Shown piece after piece: positions 50,503 through 61,094 of a stretch of 64,000 nucleotides of DNA (position 1 is the stretch's first letter; the number at the start of each line of letters is the position of its first letter). Source of the DNA: an uncultured Rikenellaceae bacterium (lineage in GTDB: Bacteria > Bacteroidota > Bacteroidia > Bacteroidales > Tenuifilaceae); assembly GCA_964479665.1 (NCBI GenBank), contig CAYZNN010000007.1:3843-67842 (forward strand). The letters are read 5' to 3'. A model generated the notes under the pieces. That model did no database searches. It was not told where the DNA came from and saw only the letters and a list, made by a program, of their open reading frames with translations. A program made the position numbers and the translations under genes.

Positions 50503-52442
50503 TTATTCACGATAAATTGCAACTATCGTATAATCGTCGATATAGTATTCGTTTTTGTGAAAATTCCAAAAGAAAACAGTAAGGGTCATGTTGTCTTTTG
50601 GCAATTGATTTAAATACATTTCGTGCTCAATTGTATGCCATTCTCCGGGTTTTAATTGCAAGTTTTTGGTTTCAATAGAGTTGAAGACAATTGTTTCATC
50701 CCCATTGTTTAGCTACATACAAAGAGAAAGATTTTCGTTAGTAATTCCCTTTGGAATGTATACCTTAGCAGAAACAAATACCGAATGTTTAAAATTATCC
50801 CCTTTATAAAATTTAATAAATGGTATGCTGTAGGATAATTCAAACTCCCTTGAAGGGTCCATTAAATATGAGTTTTTGAGCAATTCATCTTGTTCAATTA
50901 TTGAATCGTTTTCCGATATGAATGCCCCGTATTTGAGCACCCTATAGGTGCCAAGGTTTTTATACTTTAATTCAAGTTTATCATTGATTTGTTGAGGCAA
51001 TTCGTGCTTTCTGGGGGCAAATACTAAAATTTCAAAATCATTCTCGCCAAATACTTTGAAGGAAATCTCGGGAGCAAAACGTTTAATAAGTTGCAATGGG
51101 TTCGATTTTAATAATCTTTCTTTAGGTAAGCGACCCTCAACGGGGCCAAAACCAGCATCCCAAACCAACAGTTCGTTTTCGTTAAGCTTTACAGTACCCA
51201 CATAATTAAACCCATGAGCCATGCCACACCTATTGTTGTCAAAGGGATCGAGCCCGCTGTAATAGCTAACAAGCGGATCGAAGTAAAGAATTTTGTTTTG
51301 GAGTAATTCAGAGCTTTTCAACCACTCGGAAGCATCCTTAACTAACTTTTCCCGCTCATAAATTGGTACTGGTATTTGATAAATCCTAAAAGGAGTAATT
51401 GTAACTATAACCAATAGCATGTAAAGTGCTAGCTTGTTCAGCTGAGGTTTAAGGGAAAGAGTACTTATTAGATCATTTAATCCTTTTAAACTTATAATTG
51501 CCATTAATGGGGTTATTCCTGCCATTACACGTATTAGCCCTAACGATGCGCCTTTACCTTGCCACCACACGTACGAATGTGCAGCATAGTATGCAATTGC
51601 AGGTGCAGCAACAATAAGCAATATTTTAAATTCCAACGATTTGGTGCTTATTTTATTTCTAATTGTACCATAGGTTAAATAGAGCAATCCAATTGTGAAT
51701 AACAAACCCAGAGGTAATCCATTAATAGATTTGGTTCGGGCAACAAAATGCCAAAGGCTGCCGCTTCCGTATATGCTACTCGAATCGCCATAGGGCACTT
51801 GGTTTATAACCCAATTTATATCGCCATAAACAAAATAGCCAACAATGCTATATGCAATGTAAGCGCAGAATAGAAATGGAAGGGCTCTATAGTTCTTGTA
51901 GAGTAAAAAAGCAAATGCAAAAATGGGTAGTATAATCACACCCTCGGTGCGAACAAATGGAAGAAAAGACAGTGCTAAGGCTGATAGCACGGGGCGGTTA
52001 GAAAAAAACAGATAGGCTGAAAAAACAAGTAAGAAACTGAAGAGTATCTCGGTCATTCCCGAAAGTACCAGCACGAGGTATATAGGAGTGAATAATACAA
52101 AAAAGGGGCAAGAAGAGAGTTCGGAAAGCCCAATTGTTTAGCTAACTTGTACGAAACGAAAGCGGTTAGGAATCCTATTAGCAGGTTAAAAAATTTTGAT
52201 CCAAAAAAACCAAATTGGGCAAATGGAGCTATAAGAAGGGTATAGAAAGGTTTTCCCCAATGGTATAGAAATTTTATTGGGTATTTAAAGGCATAGTGAG
52301 CAATTTGATAATGGGTATAGTCATCGCCACCGCCATGTGTTCCCTGCGAAAGCCAGCTTAAAATGAAAAAAATAGCAAATAGAACGCCCAGTATAATTAA
52401 TAGTTGGAACTTTTCTTCTTGTAGTTTTTTAAGCATGTTCAC
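50503..52442 (-). pseudogene. GT-C-type membrane glycosyltransferase, disrupted by a homopolymer frameshift and an in-frame TAG
   Basis: ORFs 52442-52053 and 52074-50713 overlap in different frames at the A6G4 tract 52099-52108. After the TAG at 50713-50715 the same frame stays open for 69 more codons to the TAA at 50503-50505. Confidence 0.7.
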
Positions 52443-53152
52443 CTTCGGCTGAAAACATTATACTTAACAATGCAGTAAAGAGCCCTGAGCCCGTCCTTCC
52501 AGTTAATTTTTTTGCCTTCGGCATAGGTGCGGCCATAGTACGAAATACCCACTTCGTATATGCGAACATTTGGGTAACGAGAAACTTTTGCAGTTACCTC
52601 GGGCTCAAAGCCAAATCGTTTCTCCTTGAGGTTTATATTTTTAAGTATTTCCGACTTGAAAAGTTTGTAGCATGTCTCCATGTCGGTTAGGTTTAGGTTG
52701 GTAAACATATTTGAAACAAAGGTGAGAAACTTATTGCCAATGGTATGCCAGAAGAAAAGAATTCGATGGGGATTTGACCCCATGAAACGGGATCCGAACA
52801 CAACATCGGCAAACCCTTCGAGAATGGGTTTTAATAGATCCTTAAACTCCCGAGGGTCGTACTCCAAATCAGCATCCTGAACAATTATAAAATCGCCCTT
52901 GGCCTTTTCAATTCCAGTGTGAAGGGCCGCTCCTTTTCCTGAGTTTTTCTCGTGGCGGTATAGTTGAATGTTCGCCGTTGGGTTTTTAGCAATAAAATCT
53001 TTTACTAACTCCGAAGTTCGATCGGCCGAGCAATCATCAACCACAACCAGCTCTTTGTCTATACCCAAAGTTTCGGTTCTCAGTACGTGTTCAATAATTG
53101 ATATAATGGTTTTCTCTTCGTTGTAGGCAGGAATAATTACGGACAGTGTCAT
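52439..53152 (-). CDS. Family-2 glycosyltransferase (polyprenyl-phosphate sugar synthase, DPM1/ArnC-like)
   Basis: LSVIIPAYNEEKTI, VVVDDCSADRTSE, GKGAAL, IIVQDADLEYDP. The start is at MTLSV (53152). Its stop overlaps the start of the downstream GT-C gene by 4 nt. Confidence 0.85.
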   Translation of the reverse strand: MTLSVIIPAYNEEKTIISIIEHVLRTETLGIDKELVVVDDCSADRTSELVKDFIAKNPTANIQLYRHEKNSGKGAALHTGIEKAKGDFIIVQDADLEYDPREFKDLLKPILEGFADVVFGSRFMGSNPHRILFFWHTIGNKFLTFVSNMFTNLNLTDMETCYKLFKSEILKNINLKEKRFGFEPEVTAKVSRYPNVRIYEVGISYYGRTYAEGKKINWKDGLRALYCIVKYNVFSRR

Positions 53153-53225
53153 TTTAATAATGTTGATGAGAAAGACTAGGTTCCTGTGATTTTTTTGCAA
53201 ATTTACATGTTTAACCAATTTGGCA

Positions 53226-55583
53226 ATGAATTTCAGAAATTACTTTAACAATACATACAGGCGTTATTTGGGGTTAGTCTTTTCCATTATTTTTCTTTTG
53301 TTGCTGTTTTGGTTTTCCTTACCATCGAATTTATTGCGCTCACCGCATTCAACTGCTGTTTATTGAGGTAACGGACAACTTTTGGCTGCTACAGTTGCTG
53401 CCGATGGGCAGAACCGTTTCCCATCTATGGGTAGCATCCCTGATCGTTTTACCTAATGTCTGGTGCAGTTCGAAGACAAAAGGTTCTATTCACATATCGG
53501 GGTTAGCTTCGCTGCCATTGTCCGTGCCACATGGCAGAATATTAGGGCAAAGCAGATTGTTAGCGGGGCTAGCACCATAACCATGCAGGTGGTTCGATTG
53601 CACCGAAAGGGTAAGCAGCGCTCAATATTTGAGAAACTTATTGAGGCAGCCATTGCTGTTAGACTTGAGGTGGCTTACTCAAAACACCAAATTCTATGTA
53701 TGTATGCCTCGCATGCTCCATTCGGTGGGAACGTTGTTGGGCTCGAAGCGGCTGCATGGCGATACTATAGCCGTTGGGCCAAAGAACTCTCATGGCCCGA
53801 AGCCGCTGCCCTGGCGGTTCTTCCCAATTCCCCAGCTTTGGTGCATCCCGGAAGGAATCAGCAAAGGCTCATGGAAAAGCGCAATGGATTATTGAAGCGG
53901 CTTATGGAAAAAGGAAAAATTGATTCGTTAACCTTCAGCCTATCGGTGCAGGAACCACTGCCCGGAGAGCCCAGGCCGATACCCAGCATTGCACCGCACA
54001 TTCTAACTCGTGCTATTGCCGATGGCAAAATGGGAACCGAAGTTCGTACAACCATCGACCCTTTTTTGCAGCAAAGGGCTATGGAAACCGTTTCGCATCA
54101 TAATATTCGCCTCAGAGGTAACCAAATACATAACGCTGCCCTGCTTGTGCTCGATATTGAAACGGGGAATGCTCTAGCCTATGTTGGAAACGCACAGGGT
54201 GAGGGCGATGGAGCGCAAGTCGATATTATTCGTTCTGCCCAAAGTACGGGAAGTATCCTTAAGCCGTTTCTTTATGCTTTTATGCTGCACGAAGGAAGCA
54301 TTTTGCCGCGAACTTTGGTTGCCGATGTGCCCACTCAAATAGGTGGATTTTCTCCTAAAAACTTCCTTCCTGATTACGATGGAGCGGTGCCTGCATCTCG
54401 GGCGCTAGCGCGTTCACTCAATGTGCCCGCAGTAAGTATGCTTCAGCAGCATGGGGTAGAGAAATTTCTTCGACAGTTGCAGTCGTTAGGGCTAACAACC
54501 ATAAACCGTAGCGCCGGAAATTATGGTTTATCGCTTATTCTTGGGGGCGCCGAAGCAACCCTTTGGGATCTGGCTGGGGTTTATGCCAGTATGGCTCGCA
54601 GTCTAAATCATTACCGGATTTTGCAAAGCCAGTACTGTAGGACCGATTTTCGGCCAGCCAACTACGTACAAGGGGTTAATTTGCCTCAGGCCGGAATCCC
54701 AACCGATAACTCAACCCTGGCTGCGGCAGCAATTAACTTCACCTTCGAGGCAATGCGAGAGGCTGCACGACCCGAAGAGGAGGCGGGTTGGCAATTCTTT
54801 TCATCTACCCGTTCGATTGCTTGGAAAACCGGTACCAGTTACGGGCATCGCGATGCTTGGGCTATTGGTTTAAATCCGAGGCATGTAGTGGCTGTTTGGG
54901 TGGGAAATGCAAGTGGTGAGGGGCGGCCAAATTTAACAGGCATATCGGCAGCAGCCCCGATAATGTTCGATATGTTCGGAGCCCTACCTTCATCTTCATG
55001 GTTTCAGCAACCCTTCGATGAGATGGTTAAGATTCCTGTTTGCAGATATAGTGGGCATAGAGCATCGAGCATTTGCGAACCTGTCGATTCAGTTTGGATT
55101 CCTCGTGCAGGTATTGAAACTCTTGCTTGTCCACACCACCAGCTGGTTCATTTAAATCCTGAGCAAAACCATAGGGTAACCGATAGGTATATGAGCATTA
55201 ATGAAATGGTAACCAAATCGTGGTTTGTGCTTCCTCCTGCAATGGAGTGGTTTTTACAAAAGTAAGAATGCGCATTACCGAATATTGCCCCCTTACCTGG
55301 CTGGTTGCCGACCCGATGCCGTACCTGTTCCCATGGCTTTATTGTACCAGCAAATCGATAATTCGGCAATTTTAATTCCCCGCGATTTCGATGGGAAGCC
55401 ATTTTCGAAGTAGCACACGCTAACCCAACGGCCACTATTTTTTGGCATTTGAATAAGGATTACATTGGCTCAACCAATGCCATGCATAAAATGGCTCTGA
55501 ACCCCCCGGTAGGGTCGCACACCCTTACACTCGTCGACTCGGATGGTAATACGCTGGTAACCAGTTTTAAAGTGGAGAAGTAA
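53226..55583 (+). pseudogene. pbpC: Penicillin-binding protein 1C (PbpC), disrupted by two nonsense codons and two frameshifts
   Basis: A TM N-terminus, transglycosylase motifs (FEDKRFYSHIGV, GASTITMQVVR) and a transpeptidase region (STGSILKP) are present. The C-terminal PbpC domain (IFWHLNKDYIGST...GSHTLTLVDSDGN) is also present. Lesions: TGA at 53364-53366, TAA at 53454-53456, and frame changes at T-runs 55251-55255 and 55402-55405. Confidence 0.8.
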
Positions 55584-55706
55584 CCCGATGTTATAGTTTT
55601 TCAACTTATCTCAAAACTCGTTATAATCCGATTTGCTTTCAGAATAACAGTAGAATGAAATGTTTTTAATATTGGCAATAACCCTTACATTTGAAGAAAA
55701 AAATGT

Positions 55707-57137
55707 ATGAAACGGTCAGAAACCGACTATATAGGCCAGCGTCAGGTTCCAGTTAGTGCGCATTACGGAATCCACTCTTTGAGGGCCATGGAAAACTTTC
55801 CTGTTTCCATACCCTTTCATATTGAATGGTACAGGGCGTTGGGCATGGTAAAGCATGCCTGTTACCTGAGCGTTTCGAAAATGTATGTAGCCCTACTGAA
55901 GGAAGGGTTGATGCACAGAATTGAGAACCCAATTGAGCCGTCGAAACTGAATGCGCTAATCGAAGCATCGAAGGAAGTATGGCAGGGCGAACACTTCGAA
56001 AACTTTATAGTGCCAGCTATTCAGGGAGGCGCAGGCACTAGTATTAATATGAATATTAACGAAATTATTGCCAATGTTGCTCTTTCCAAATTGAAACTGC
56101 CCTTGGGAAGTTACAGTGAGATAGATCCTATTGAAACAGCCAATGTGTACCAAAGCACCAACGATGTGGTACCCACTTCGCTTAAGGTAGCAGCCATGCA
56201 GATGCTAAATCAGCTCGAAACTGAAATTAACTCGCTCCGTTCGAAAGTAGAAATGCTTGAGAAAGCCCATAGAGGGCACGTTCGGCTGGCATATACTCAA
56301 ATGCAGGCAGCGGTTCCTTCAACCTGGGGTCAACTTTTCAGCACCTATAGCGATATGCTGGCACGCGACTGGTGGCGAGTTTCGAAGTGCTTCGAGCGAA
56401 TTAAAGTTGTAAACATAGGTGGTGGTGCCATTGGTACCGGTTTGGGAACACCGCGATTTTTTATTATGGATGTAGTTGGTCAGTTACAGCAAATTTCGGG
56501 GTTTCCAATTACACGCAGCGAAAATTTAAACGATGCAACTGCCAATCTCGATACTTTAGTAGAAGTACATGCAACCATTAAATCGTTGGCTGTTAATATT
56601 GAAAAACTTTCGTCGGATTTGAGACTCTTAGGATCCGATTTGGCAGGGAACCATATTAAACTCCCGGCAAAGCAGGTGGGTAGTTCCCTAATGCCCGGTA
56701 TAATAAATCCGGTAATCTGCGAGTACGCCATAACCGTTGCACATAAAGTATATTCCAACGACATGTTGGTTTCTAATCTTTGCGGGCAGGGTTGCTTAGA
56801 CCTAAATGCCTATCTCCCCACCATTGGCCATGCACTACTCGAAAGCATTAAACTTTTAGTGGGAGTTTGCCAAACATTGGGTGCCAATTTGCTAGATGGG
56901 TTGCAGGTAAATATCGAAAGCGCAGAGCGCAATGTATACCAAAATCCAGCTATTACCACAGCGCTGCTACCCGAGATAGGGTTTAACAAGTGCACCGAGA
57001 TGGCCAATTTAATGCGTAGCAATGGCTGTGATGTGTTTGAGGCTAATAAAGTTTTGAAAATGTTAAGTTCTAATAGAATAGAGTTGATTTTGTCAGCTGA
57101 AAATCTAATCCGATTAGGATTTTCATTCAAATACTAG
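55707..57137 (+). CDS. Aspartate ammonia-lyase/fumarase (Lyase_1) superfamily protein with non-canonical active-site motifs
   Basis: The N-terminus ETDYIGQRQVPVSAHYGIHSLRAMENF is aspartase-like. GAGTSINMNINEIIAN and YQSTNDVVPT are conserved. The signature reads GSSLMPGIINP and the TH region reads RLAYTQMQAAVP. Confidence 0.78.
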   Translation: MKRSETDYIGQRQVPVSAHYGIHSLRAMENFPVSIPFHIEWYRALGMVKHACYLSVSKMYVALLKEGLMHRIENPIEPSKLNALIEASKEVWQGEHFENFIVPAIQGGAGTSINMNINEIIANVALSKLKLPLGSYSEIDPIETANVYQSTNDVVPTSLKVAAMQMLNQLETEINSLRSKVEMLEKAHRGHVRLAYTQMQAAVPSTWGQLFSTYSDMLARDWWRVSKCFERIKVVNIGGGAIGTGLGTPRFFIMDVVGQLQQISGFPITRSENLNDATANLDTLVEVHATIKSLAVNIEKLSSDLRLLGSDLAGNHIKLPAKQVGSSLMPGIINPVICEYAITVAHKVYSNDMLVSNLCGQGCLDLNAYLPTIGHALLESIKLLVGVCQTLGANLLDGLQVNIESAERNVYQNPAITTALLPEIGFNKCTEMANLMRSNGCDVFEANKVLKMLSSNRIELILSAENLIRLGFSFKY

Positions 57138-57142
57138 TTTTT

Positions 57143-58933
57143 ATGGGTTTAAAAAAGGTAAGTTTTTCTAAATATGCAATTGCATTTGTTTTGTTATTTT
57201 CTATTTGGTTTCAGTATTATGCAAAGCGATGGAACGAGAACAGAATTATTGAGTGGGATGTAAAGTCTTACTACTTTTACTTGCCTGCAATTTTTATTTA
57301 CAATGATATTTCGCTTGAATTTACTAAAGCAGATAAGGATAGGTTTTCGCAATGGTTCTGGGTATATTTTAACGATGAAGGCAAACATGTTGGGAAAATG
57401 ACAATGGGCATGTCAGTCCTTTATAGTCCCTTCTTCGCAGTAGCCCATTTGTTAGCCGAACCCTTGGGGTACGAACCTACGGGCTACAGCATCCCGTATC
57501 GCTTTGCCATATCCATTGGAGCACTTTTTTACCTGATGCTTGGACTGATACTGCTCCGTAAGCTGCTACTGCGTCACTTTAGCGATACCACAGCGGCCAT
57601 TACACTTATTCTGGTTACTCTAGGAACAAACCTTACCTGGTATGCAACCATTGAGCCCGGTATGTCGCACGTATACAGCTTCACCCTTTTTGTTGTTTTC
57701 ATTTACCTCCTCCAAAAGTGGTTAGAGCGCGTTACTATTGCAAACACCATCCTTCTGGGTTTGCTTAGCGGTTTAATTTCGCTTGTGCGACCTACAAATG
57801 CTGCTATTGGAGTGCTGTTTCTGCTTTGGGGCATAAGTAACCGTATGGAGCTAAAGGAACGGCTTAAGCTGCTCTATGCACGTTGGCCATATATTTACAC
57901 CATGATTGCAGCTGCCATTTGCATTTGGATTCCTCAGATGCTTTACTGGAAAATGCAAACGGGTCATTTCCTTTACCACTCCTATGGGCAAGAAGGATTT
58001 TTCTTCTTCTCGCCAAAAATTACCGATGGTTTATTCAGTTTTCGCAAGGGTTGGCTACTATATACACCCACCATGGCCATTGCACTTATAGGCTTACTTA
58101 TTCTGCCAAAATATAGTAAAGGGCAAGCGCTTCCCATTTTTACATTCACATTAATTAATATTTATATTATTTTTTCGTGGTGGTGCTGGTGGTATGGTGG
58201 GAGCTTTGGAGCAAGGGCGTTTATTGAATCGTATGCACTGCTGGCATTCCCATTGGCTGCTCTGGTTCAATGGTCAATTACCAAAAATATTTACATTAAA
58301 ATTGCATCAATGTTGCTTTTTGCATTGCTGCTTTTCCACTCCATTTTCCAAACCTTTCAGTACTACTACGGTGCAATACACTGGGACTCGATGACAAGAG
58401 GAGCATACATAAATTCTTTTTTAAGTGTAAAACCCCAAGCAGCATTTTACGGATTGATTGAAAGACCCGATTACGCTTCGGCGCTTCAGGGTAAACCCGA
58501 AGTGAAAAGCATTGCCCAATTAATACCTGAAGAAAATGATATTTATTTTTCTGAAACATCCATTACAATTGAAGAGGAAACAGAGTTTCGTGAGATTTTT
58601 AAAAGACAATTTAGTTGTTTGCCAGAGAATAATATGGTGAAGGTTATGATTACCCCAGGTAACGAAAAACCATTACCAAAAGATCTTCTTTTTTCTGTAT
58701 TAATTAGCAATACCAAAGAAGAAAGCCTGTATTACATGGATTTTATGTTGTCAAGTTTTATTGTTAATGAAACACCAATTAAGTGGGGAAAAAGAATAAA
58801 TATTGACACAGATGTTAATACCGATATTTTTGAAGTAAAAATATTCTTTTGGTCACCTAAAAAAGAGCATTTTTCTATAAAGGAAGTAAAAGTTCTCCTA
58901 TGCAACATGAAACCTTGCTTGTTAAAATTTTAA
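57143..58933 (+). CDS. Polytopic membrane protein, GT-C-like putative glycosyltransferase with a C-terminal soluble module
   Basis: 596 aa with about 11 TM helices. The first loop is IIEWDVKSYYFYLPAIFIYND. The C-terminal roughly 150 aa are soluble and end ..IFEVKIFFWSPKKEHFSIKEVKVLL. It starts 5 nt after the lyase-like gene. Confidence 0.55.
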   Translation: MGLKKVSFSKYAIAFVLLFSIWFQYYAKRWNENRIIEWDVKSYYFYLPAIFIYNDISLEFTKADKDRFSQWFWVYFNDEGKHVGKMTMGMSVLYSPFFAVAHLLAEPLGYEPTGYSIPYRFAISIGALFYLMLGLILLRKLLLRHFSDTTAAITLILVTLGTNLTWYATIEPGMSHVYSFTLFVVFIYLLQKWLERVTIANTILLGLLSGLISLVRPTNAAIGVLFLLWGISNRMELKERLKLLYARWPYIYTMIAAAICIWIPQMLYWKMQTGHFLYHSYGQEGFFFFSPKITDGLFSFRKGWLLYTPTMAIALIGLLILPKYSKGQALPIFTFTLINIYIIFSWWCWWYGGSFGARAFIESYALLAFPLAALVQWSITKNIYIKIASMLLFALLLFHSIFQTFQYYYGAIHWDSMTRGAYINSFLSVKPQAAFYGLIERPDYASALQGKPEVKSIAQLIPEENDIYFSETSITIEEETEFREIFKRQFSCLPENNMVKVMITPGNEKPLPKDLLFSVLISNTKEESLYYMDFMLSSFIVNETPIKWGKRINIDTDVNTDIFEVKIFFWSPKKEHFSIKEVKVLLCNMKPCLLKF

Positions 58934-59159
58934 TGATTTTATGTTGCTTTCACAAAACATGAAAACTCAATTTTTTTCGAAAACCCTTGTAGCAAATCTT
59001 TATCTTTAATTAAAGTGATTTACATAAAGAATAATGAACATTATTAAGGTTTGTTGACTTTCATTTTTACTTCTTTAATTAAACATAGTTTCTGAAATTA
59101 AGGAATGTTAGTTTTTAATTTAGAGTATTTTATTATTAACCATATTTACCATTTCTAAA

Positions 59160-61094
59160 ATGAAAAATAACAGAAAAAATATCATTTTGCTTATAGTTTC
59201 ACTGTTTTTTCTAGGGCTAGGAACTTTTCAAATAGTACAAAAATTCGACAGGGATATTATTAATATATGGGACGAAGCCAGCAGCGCCAAGAATGCCATT
59301 GACATGCTTACGAATGGCAACTATTTGGTACAGTACGACGATGGCGTTCCGGTTAGGGACGATTTTAAACCACCCATTTCACTATGGCTTAAAATGATTT
59401 CGTATAAAATATTTGGAATAAACGAGTTCTCCGTCAGGCTACCCTCAATTATTGCTGCTTTACTTACCCTGCTAGCCCTGTGGTATTTTGGTTTATTTAT
59501 TCTTAAAAAACCCGAACTGGGATTGTTATTCGCACTCCTCACCTCATGCACTCAAGGGTTCATTGTTTCTCATGTTGCACGAACAGGTGAACCCGATGCG
59601 CTTGTAATACTATTTGTAACCCTTTCGTTAATTTCGTACTACCTACTTTTGACGAATTACCCACTGAAAACAACAAAATACCTACTCCTTTTTGGATGCT
59701 TTGTTTTGCTGGCAATACTCACTAAAGGAATAATTGGGGTTGTTTCACTAGTGGGATTATCGATTTTTACATTAATTACACCTAATGGTCGAAAATTAAT
59801 TTTTAACTATAAGTTTTGGCTAACCATAGCTTGTGTAATTGCTATAACGGCTTCCTATTATATTGCCAGGGAAGTATTAGATCCTGGGTACCTTGAGGGG
59901 GTTTGGAAATATGAGATATATGCTGCAAAAAAACACCCCGATTGGATTGTTCACAAACATCCTGAGTTCAGCTTCTATTTTTATTTTTTATTTTCAGAGG
60001 GTTTCTTTCCCTTTTTATTTCTGTTTCCTTTATCGTTCATAACGTTCTTTTTTACTTCAGATATAACTTTTAAAAACTTAATTTCCTTTTCTTTTCTGGG
60101 ATCTTTCCTCCTTATTTTGATTATGTCCTTATCACATACAAAAAACAATTGGTATATTTCTACAGTTTATCCTTTTCTCATTATTTTTATCGGAAGTGGT
60201 GTTTTTGGCTTCTATTTAATACTCGAAAAAAAGGTTCCAGTTCGTTTTAATGCCATTTTTAAAGTACTTTTTGTGATTAGTTTCCTGTTATTATGTATTA
60301 AACCAACAATTGCAATTTACAAACAGAATCAAGCCCCCTCAGAGGTTTACAATCTGCACTACGAAGGACGATTCATAAAATATTGCAAGGAAACCGCTCC
60401 AGAGGTTAAGAATTTTGAGGTGTTGATGACCAACAATATGAGGCATGCAAAGTTTTATGCCAAAAAGTATAAATACGAAGACGGAAGCAATATTAGGCTA
60501 CAGAGTAGTTTAAGTGATTCTTTGGTAGGTAAAAAGGTAGCCATATGCAATAGTGAAATTCTTTTAGCATTTCATAAGCAGTACAAATCTGAAAAAGTTA
60601 TAAATGATGAGTACTGTATGTTATTTAATGTGACAAGGTTTAAAGACGTTACAGATTTCGACACGCTATACTACAATGCAAATTTGTTAAATGGTAAAAG
60701 AACACATTTTGTTAACCCTAAGGATACAACGATTCAGTTTTACAATAACGGACTTGTTGGCGACGAATTATTTTTTGGTTCAAGAACCATTTCAACTAAT
60801 CCATCTAATGCTTTTGCTCTAGCAGTAAACTTTAAGGTTACCGACAAGTTTGTAGTTTCAGCATCTGCTTGGAGAAAGAAGGGTAGTAAAGGAGGGTTAG
60901 TTGTAATACATATCCCAGATATTAATTTCTACAATCAAACCGAAACCATTGTCGATAGTATAGCAGGTTGGGAAAAAATTGAAAATAAAGTTCTTATTCC
61001 ATTTCATTACAGAAATGAAAACATAAGAGCATTTCTTTGGAATACTACTGAATCGGAAATTATTTTTGCCGACTTCAGAGTTGTAACCTACTAA
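59160..61094 (+). CDS. ArnT/PMT-like (GT39/GT83-type) membrane glycosyltransferase with a C-terminal soluble module
   Basis: NIWDEASSAKNAIDM...KPPISLWLKMISYKIFGINEFSVRLPSIIAALLT is the classic ArnT/PMT_2 N-terminal pattern. There are about 11 TM helices and a roughly 250-aa C-terminal soluble region. Confidence 0.78.
   Translation: MKNNRKNIILLIVSLFFLGLGTFQIVQKFDRDIINIWDEASSAKNAIDMLTNGNYLVQYDDGVPVRDDFKPPISLWLKMISYKIFGINEFSVRLPSIIAALLTLLALWYFGLFILKKPELGLLFALLTSCTQGFIVSHVARTGEPDALVILFVTLSLISYYLLLTNYPLKTTKYLLLFGCFVLLAILTKGIIGVVSLVGLSIFTLITPNGRKLIFNYKFWLTIACVIAITASYYIAREVLDPGYLEGVWKYEIYAAKKHPDWIVHKHPEFSFYFYFLFSEGFFPFLFLFPLSFITFFFTSDITFKNLISFSFLGSFLLILIMSLSHTKNNWYISTVYPFLIIFIGSGVFGFYLILEKKVPVRFNAIFKVLFVISFLLLCIKPTIAIYKQNQAPSEVYNLHYEGRFIKYCKETAPEVKNFEVLMTNNMRHAKFYAKKYKYEDGSNIRLQSSLSDSLVGKKVAICNSEILLAFHKQYKSEKVINDEYCMLFNVTRFKDVTDFDTLYYNANLLNGKRTHFVNPKDTTIQFYNNGLVGDELFFGSRTISTNPSNAFALAVNFKVTDKFVVSASAWRKKGSKGGLVVIHIPDINFYNQTETIVDSIAGWEKIENKVLIPFHYRNENIRAFLWNTTESEIIFADFRVVTY

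Noticed and set aside
50713-53456. In-frame TAG, TGA and TAA codons as evidence of stop-codon reassignment or selenocysteine/pyrrolysine recoding
   Set aside because: All three stop codons occur in frame in the two neighbouring genes, and all three also terminate many well-defined genes in the window. Frameshifts accompany them. Gene decay, or sequence error, is the simpler explanation.
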